DNA of 11,540 nucleotides from the NCBI GenBank assembly GCA_046758365.1, contig JBHIAC010000111.1, positions 1 through 11,540 on the forward strand, in the 5' to 3' direction. This DNA is from a bacterium. Its GTDB lineage: Bacteria; Zhuqueibacterota; Zhuqueibacteria; Oceanimicrobiales; Oceanimicrobiaceae. A model generated the notes under the pieces. That model did not search any database. It saw only the letters and a program-made list of their open reading frames with translations, and was not told where the DNA came from. Shown piece by piece: positions 6,415-11,540 of this stretch; positions within the stretch are counted from its first letter, which is position 1, and each line of letters starts with the position of its first letter. Position numbers and translations under genes: made by a program.

Positions 6415-8205
6415 TTACCCTCCTAAAAATGCCACCCCAGCCGCTCCGGGACCAACATGAGCGCCCAAAGCGGGAGATACATTTACAATCATCACTTCTT
6501 TTACTTCAAACTGTTTTTTGATTTGTTCATTATACCATGCGGCTGTTTTCGGAGCATTGGCATGACCAACGGCAAACCTTAAATTTTTTTTTCCATAAGC
6601 CTCTTTACAAACAAAGTCCATAGTTTTTTTCATTGCAGCTTTACCACCAAAAGTTTTAGCGGCAACTTTTACTTTGCCTTCAGCATCAATGGTTAATATT
6701 GGCATTAAATTTAAGGCTTTAGCCAAAAATCCTCGTGACCTACTTACGCGCCCGCTTCGAATTAAATATTCCATGGTAGCTATGCTTACAAAAAAGCGAA
6801 CATTTTCGATTGCCCATTCGATATGAGCCACTACTTCTTCTAAATCGCAACCCTCCTCAATAGCCATAGCCGCCTCGGCTACGATTAAACCCAAGGCAAC
6901 ACTAGCATTGCGGCTGTCAATTACACAAATTTCACCCTCTTTAGTGTAGTTGGCGGCTGTTTGAGCAGCTTGAAGCGTACCACTCAGCGCCCCTGATAAA
7001 TGAATTGAAATAGCTTTCTCATAATGGCCCCATAACTCTTTATATGTCTTGAAATAATCTCCTGGACTTGGCTGGGAAGTGGTAGGGTAATATTCTGATT
7101 CCTGTAATTTCCTGTAAAATTCCTTAGGTGTAATGGTGATTTTGTCTATATAGTTTTCATGCCCAAAAGATAATTGTACTGGCACCATTTGAATATTATG
7201 CCGAATTACAAATTCTGGTGTGAGGTCACAGGATGAATCTGTTACTAATGCAATTTTAGAAACTCTTTTCTCTCTATAAGCTTCGAGATGTTGATTTCGC
7301 ATATCGTTAAATTTGGTGTTGCTAACCAGTCCGTATTTTCCAGCAATTTCAAATACGAACTCTGGTTCATCAGTGTGCACATGGATTCGAATTTTCTCTG
7401 AGGACCCAGCAACAATCAACGAATCCCCTAATTCCTTTAACGCTCTCTTGAGTTTTTGCCGATCAATCATTACACCTTCTACAATACATTCGGTACAGAA
7501 ACGATAAGTAATCTTTTCAGGGGCTTTTTCTAACTTAGCTTGTTCAACTTTTTCTTTACCACCGATGCCCACGGCCCGTTCAATTTTCCCAGATTCCATA
7601 AAGTGGAAAACCCCTTCCAGCATATGAACAAAACCTTGAGCCCCGGCATCAACCACTCCAGCTTTCGAAAGGAGTTTAAGTTTTTTCGGAGTGTCTTTTA
7701 AAGAACGCTGAGCTTCTCGAAGGCCATCACCGAGTAATTCTAAAAAATCATGTGATTTGTGGCATTGAGATTTTATCTTCTCGGCCCAATCATGGATGAC
7801 TGTTAAAATGGTTCCCTCTTTGGGTTCTGACATGGCGTCATAAGCACACCGTTTAGCACGTTCTACCGCTTCTCCAAAATGTTTAGCGGTAATCTTAATA
7901 TTGCCCTTAAAACTTTCTGCTAAACCTTGAAAGAATTGTGCTAAAATAGCCCCAGAGTTACCTCGCGCCCCCATTAGAGCTGAATCGGCTAAACACTTGC
8001 TCATTCCTGAAATACTGGTATCACGACAACTTATGGCACCTTCGGCTATACTCTGCATGGTTAAAGCCATATTGGTTCCTGTGTCATTGTCAGGTACAGG
8101 GAATACGTTAATTCGATTTAGATTTTCCTGCATCTGGATGACTCGTCTGGCTCCGGCAATGATCCCCTGTTTAAGGCGATTTCCGTCAATATACAGAATT
8201 TTCAC
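6415..8205 (-). CDS. DAK2-DegV fusion (fatty acid kinase FakA-like kinase and middle domains fused to FakB/DegV)
   Basis: N-terminal NVFPVPDNDTGTNM, GARGNSG, EGTILTV, GVVDAG; middle YRFCTE...IHVHT; C-terminal DegV VTDSSCDL, TSQPS, SGALSGT, SGR, HVGPG. GTG start with GAGG RBS. Confidence 0.9.
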   Translation of the reverse strand: MKILYIDGNRLKQGIIAGARRVIQMQENLNRINVFPVPDNDTGTNMALTMQSIAEGAISCRDTSISGMSKCLADSALMGARGNSGAILAQFFQGLAESFKGNIKITAKHFGEAVERAKRCAYDAMSEPKEGTILTVIHDWAEKIKSQCHKSHDFLELLGDGLREAQRSLKDTPKKLKLLSKAGVVDAGAQGFVHMLEGVFHFMESGKIERAVGIGGKEKVEQAKLEKAPEKITYRFCTECIVEGVMIDRQKLKRALKELGDSLIVAGSSEKIRIHVHTDEPEFVFEIAGKYGLVSNTKFNDMRNQHLEAYREKRVSKIALVTDSSCDLTPEFVIRHNIQMVPVQLSFGHENYIDKITITPKEFYRKLQESEYYPTTSQPSPGDYFKTYKELWGHYEKAISIHLSGALSGTLQAAQTAANYTKEGEICVIDSRNASVALGLIVAEAAMAIEEGCDLEEVVAHIEWAIENVRFFVSIATMEYLIRSGRVSRSRGFLAKALNLMPILTIDAEGKVKVAAKTFGGKAAMKKTMDFVCKEAYGKKNLRFAVGHANAPKTAAWYNEQIKKQFEVKEVMIVNVSPALGAHVGPGAAGVAFLGG

Positions 8206-8244
8206 AAAACCTCATGCAGTTCAAAGTTGTAAATAAATTTTTTC

Positions 8245-8273
8245 AATTTAATTGCAATAATTCTAAAAGTCAA
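8245..8273 (-). promoter_or_regulatory. Putative sigma70 promoter for the DAK2/DegV-plsY operon
   Basis: Minus strand TTGACT (8273-8268), 17 bp spacer, TAAATT (8250-8245). Confidence 0.5.
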
Positions 8274-8318
8274 GAAAAATATCCAAATATGATATATGAT
8301 AATCTAATATAATTTTCC

Positions 8319-8347
8319 TTGATTTTCAATTAAGTGAATGTTATAAT
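8319..8347 (+). promoter_or_regulatory. Putative sigma70 promoter (extended -10) for the TPR-parvulin gene
   Basis: TTGATT (8319-8324), 17 bp spacer, TATAAT (8342-8347) preceded by TGn. Confidence 0.6.
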
Positions 8348-8391
8348 TATGATTGGAATCCATCTTTCCATGTTAAAATTAGGAGTTAAAT

Positions 8392-9597
8392 ATGTCTCAT
8401 TTTTGTCTTTTATTTTATATCATCTTTTTTAGCTTAATTATTAACACAAAAATTATCGCACAAAACGCGGAAGAACTTAATAAGAATGCGATGGAATTAT
8501 TTAAGCAAGGGAAAATAGAAGAGGCCGCTGCTGAATTTAAAAAAGCAATTAAATTAGACTCGACATTTGTAAACGCCTACATAAATCTTGGATATCTTAA
8601 TTACTTAAATGGCAAACTTGACGAGGCAATTGCTATTAATAGAAAGGCGTTAATATTTGAACCTGAAAATGCCTTGGCACACAATAATTTAGCCGGAGCT
8701 TTATTGGCGCAAGGAAATTACAATGAATCTATCAACGAATTCAAGTTAGCCATTCAATATAATCCAAATTACCCCCAGGCCTATAATAATATGGCATTCG
8801 CTTTTAATTCTTTAGGATTGCATGACCTGGCTATTAAATCTGCAAAAAAGGCAGTTGAGCTCAAGCCTGATTATGCTCTGGCCTATAACTATTTAGGTAT
8901 GGCAAATCTTGCTAAGGGTATTTTTGATGAAGCGGAAGTCCATTTCAAAAAAGCCTTAGAGCTTGAACCAACTCTCGTGGCTGCGCACAACAACCTGGGA
9001 ATCACCTACCGAGCCAAGGGCCAGATTGACGAAAGTATTAATACACATTTAACGGCCCTCAAAATAGACTCTCTGAATATAGAAACCTTAAATGACTTAG
9101 GCCTATCTTATTTTGACAAAGGAGAAATGAAGAAAGCAATTGAAGCATTTGACAAAGCCTTAAAAATAGCTCCTAATTTTTCCAAAGTTTACAATAATCT
9201 AGCTTATGTTTACTATGAAATTTATAATTATAGTCTCGCAATGCAGTACGCCAAAACAGCCGAACGCCTTGGTATCAAAATAAATCCAGAATTCATGGCT
9301 GACTTAATGAAGGCTCTTGATCCAAATTATATGAGAGCAAGACACATACTCGTTAAAACTCGATCGGATGCGGATCAAATATTGAATGAACTGAAAAACG
9401 GAGCGGACTTTAGAAAGCTCGCTCGAAAAAAATCTCTTGACAGCGCCACATCCTATAAAGAAGGCGATTTTGGCTACTTCAAAAAAGGGGATTTGCGGTC
9501 TGAATTTGAAAATATTATATTAAATTTAAAGGTAGGTGAAATTAGTGGCATCGTAAAAACCGATATGGGCTTTCATATTTTTCAAAGGCTTAACTGA
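8392..9597 (+). CDS. Exported TPR-repeat protein with C-terminal parvulin (PpiC) peptidyl-prolyl isomerase domain
   Basis: Hydrophobic N-terminal signal-like segment and about 8 TPR repeats (AYINLG, AHNNLA, AYNNMA, AHNNLG...). The C-terminus has RARHILVK, F.KLARKKS.D, EGDFGYF and KTDMGFHIFQR. AGGAG RBS. Confidence 0.9.
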   Translation: MSHFCLLFYIIFFSLIINTKIIAQNAEELNKNAMELFKQGKIEEAAAEFKKAIKLDSTFVNAYINLGYLNYLNGKLDEAIAINRKALIFEPENALAHNNLAGALLAQGNYNESINEFKLAIQYNPNYPQAYNNMAFAFNSLGLHDLAIKSAKKAVELKPDYALAYNYLGMANLAKGIFDEAEVHFKKALELEPTLVAAHNNLGITYRAKGQIDESINTHLTALKIDSLNIETLNDLGLSYFDKGEMKKAIEAFDKALKIAPNFSKVYNNLAYVYYEIYNYSLAMQYAKTAERLGIKINPEFMADLMKALDPNYMRARHILVKTRSDADQILNELKNGADFRKLARKKSLDSATSYKEGDFGYFKKGDLRSEFENIILNLKVGEISGIVKTDMGFHIFQRLN

Positions 9598-9827
9598 TTG
9601 GTAACAATTCACCGCAGAGAGTACAGAGGATGCCGAGATGACTGAAAAAGAGAGATTATACTGAATGAAGGTGAGCATCATTTCCAGGGCCAATAATCTC
9701 AGTTCCTTACTTCTCATAGTAGTAATTAACATAGTATTTCAAATTAATCAAATCTTGAAAAGTTAAAAGTAATGTTTTTACATGAAATTACTTCTTGTAG
9801 TTTATCCTAATAAACTGTGAGTCGCAG

Positions 9828-9890
9828 GTTATCTAGATAACTGGTGTACAGCCGTTCAATTAATAGTTGAACGAAACAGCTTCGCGGTAG
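9828..9890. repeat. Cluster of palindromes, candidate end or recombination site of the downstream element
   Basis: GTTATCTAGATAAC (9828-9841); CGTTCAA-N7-TTGAACG (9853-9873); GCGAAGC on the minus strand (9879-9885). Confidence 0.5.
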
Positions 9891-10059
9891 CTTTTTAGAG
9901 TGGATGAACGAGGTCATTTGGTTCTTTGACAATTTTGAAGAGTTCAGGTAAGCTATTTTCTTACGTTTCATTTCTACTGGATATTTAACCATTATTCTCT
10001 TATCTTCCTTTAGTTATTAATTATTTTATCCTTTAAGAACTAACAAAAGGAGGATAATC

Positions 10060-10907
10060 ATGGGTAAATTACGTGACGAGATGCTGATGGAGATGGAGCT
10101 CAGGAATTTTAGCCCCAAAACTATCAAAGCTTACACCTGGCACATGGTGGCGTTTACCAAACTCTATGGTAAATCACCCGCCGAGTTGGGAGAGCAGGAA
10201 ATCCGTAAATATCTCCACTATTTGAAGACGGAGAAGAAAGCCAGTTGGTCTAACATTAATATTGGCTATTCCGCGTTAAAATTCTTTTATGTCAATACTC
10301 TCCATCGGGAGTGGCAACTCGATAAACTCCCCCGCCCCAAAGGTGAAAAGCGGCTGCCACTGGTGTTGGCTCGTTCGGAAGTGCGAGCCATTTTGGAGGT
10401 CATCCCAAACCTAAAACACCGCATGTTTCTCATGACTACTTACTCTGCTGGACTCAGGATAAGTGAAACTGCCCATCTTAAGCCTAGCCATATTGACAGC
10501 GGGCGCATGCAAATACGGGTCGAGCAAGGCAAAGGCAACAAAGACCGCTACACACTGCTCTCAAAGACGCTTCTTAAACATCTACGGTACTACTGGCGAA
10601 TCTATCGTCCGAGCATCTGGTTGTTTCCCGGAAAGGCACCCGACTTCCCCATTGCCCCGAGTACCATGCAAAGAGTGTTCAAGCGCGCTAAAAAAAAGCC
10701 TGCATCGCTAAACCGGCCACCGTCCATACCCTACGCCATAGCTTTGCCACCCATTTTTTAGAAGCTGGGGGCGACCTCTTTACTCTCAAGGAGCTCCTCG
10801 GACATAAAAGCATCCAAACCACTCTCATTTATGTCCACGTCCAGCATCACCACCTGAAGAAAATCATCAGTCCGCTTGACCGGCTGATGGGGAGGGATGA
10901 ATCATGA
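10060..10907 (+). CDS. Tyrosine recombinase/integrase (N-terminal SAM-like domain + catalytic domain), split by a -1 frameshift at 10690-10698
   Basis: Frame 0: [21 protein letters not shown] (catalytic R), GKGNKDR (K). The -1 frame from 10698 reads [48 protein letters not shown]...[12 protein letters not shown], carrying HxxR, H and catalytic Y. Joined length is about 282 aa. Confidence 0.9.
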
Positions 10908-11540
10908 AGCTCCCCAATCAACGCAACGGACTGGAACTGGGGGACATCTTTCGTGAGTACGGCCCGGCTTACCGAGAAACGCACAGCCTGTCGCCCGAAC
11001 AACGTCAAGTTATGGAGGCCATCGAAGTGTGCCGCACCAAAGCGCCTGGGGGCCATCTGGAAGTGTGTACAAGCTGTGGCGCTGAATTACCAGCCTATGA
11101 CTCATGCCGCAATCGTCACTGTCCGAAATGTGGCTGGATGGCCAAAGAGAAGTGGCTGCTGAAGCGCAAACAAGAACTTCTGCCCGTGACCTACTTCCAC
11201 GTGGTCTTGACCATTTCTGATTTATTAAATCCGATAGTACTCCAGAACCAGCAAGTTATGTATGACATTCTCTTCAAAGCGGGTTCGGAAACCCTGCTGG
11301 ACTTAGGCAAAGACCCGAAACACCTCGGCGGCGACATCGGTTTTATGGCCATCCTCCACACCTGGGGCTATGCCATGATTGACCCCGTGAGATATAGAGT
11401 TTTATTAGGAAATTCGCTCAACCAGATAAATAGTTATCTCACGGGGTGAATTCGGCGCTTCTTGCTGCACGTACTGCCCAAAGGGTTCTTTAAAATCCGC
11501 TACTACGGTATCCTGGCCACGAAACATCGCGAAAAGCTCA
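10904..11540 (+). pseudogene. IS91-family (Y2/HUH) transposase, internally deleted; runs off the window end
   Basis: Zn-binding N-terminus CRT..GGH...CTSC...SCRNRHCPKC, then YFHVVLT and LHTWG. After the palindrome, IRRFLLHVLPKGFFKIRYYGILA (from 11450) is the family's C-terminal motif. The HPH.H motif and the catalytic Tyr region are missing. Confidence 0.88.
11378..11451. mobile_element. ~70-bp MITE-like palindromic element
   Basis: ACCCCGTGAGATA (11382-11394) and TATCTCACGGGGT (11435-11447) form a perfect 13-bp IR, extending to 17 bp with one mismatch. The 40-bp interior is AT-rich and unlike the transposase. Confidence 0.8.

Larger units (their letters stand above)
10060..11540 (+). mobile_element. 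Tyrosine recombinase + IS91-like transposase two-gene element (partial, decayed)
   Basis: ATGA-coupled gene pair, visibly more GC-rich than the flanking host DNA. IS91-family elements with an upstream tyrosine recombinase ORF are a known subgroup. The left boundary is uncertain (9830-10060). Confidence 0.82.

Noticed and set aside
9526..9992. Minus-strand ORFs 9526-9732 and 9807-9992
   Set aside because: Neither has a recognisable domain. One overlaps the parvulin 3' end and the other runs through the palindrome cluster. A small or decayed gene cannot be fully excluded.
10060..10907. Integron integrase (IntI) or host XerC/XerD
   Set aside because: It lacks the IntI-specific insertion before HxxR, no attC array is seen, and it is coupled to an IS91-like transposase.
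10463..11162. ORFs 10463-10711, 10847-11056 and 10953-11162
   Set aside because: They are alternative-frame shadows in GC-richer mobile DNA. 10463-10711 is not the frame carrying the integrase tail.
11447..11449. In-frame TGA in the transposase as selenocysteine or readthrough
   Set aside because: The TGA belongs to the inserted palindrome, and the catalytic core is missing regardless.

Overview
AT-rich bacterial chromosomal window. Its gene content is reminiscent of FCB-group lineages such as KSB1/Calditrichota, but that is only an impression. On the + strand lie a DUF3467 gene, a decayed minimal nucleotidyltransferase whose 3' end is buried under nested small repeat elements, a GH57 branching enzyme and a HEPN-MNT pair. 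A minus-strand operon encodes a DAK2-DegV (FakA-FakB-like) fusion, plsY, a zinc-ribbon/TM/TPR protein and a PfpI-family protein, followed by a membrane-anchored 2Fe-2S ferredoxin. A divergent gene encodes a secreted TPR-parvulin protein. The right end holds a more GC-rich tyrosine recombinase + IS91-like (Y2/HUH) transposase element. The most notable observations are: (1) the recombinase's catalytic C-terminus is in the -1 frame behind a correctly phased A_AAA_AAG slippery site, and that frame's stop overlaps the transposase ATG; (2) the transposase's catalytic core is replaced by a ~70 bp MITE-like palindrome; (3) a 215 bp MITE with a 9 bp TSD is inserted into a 40 bp repeat whose intact copy is also in the window.
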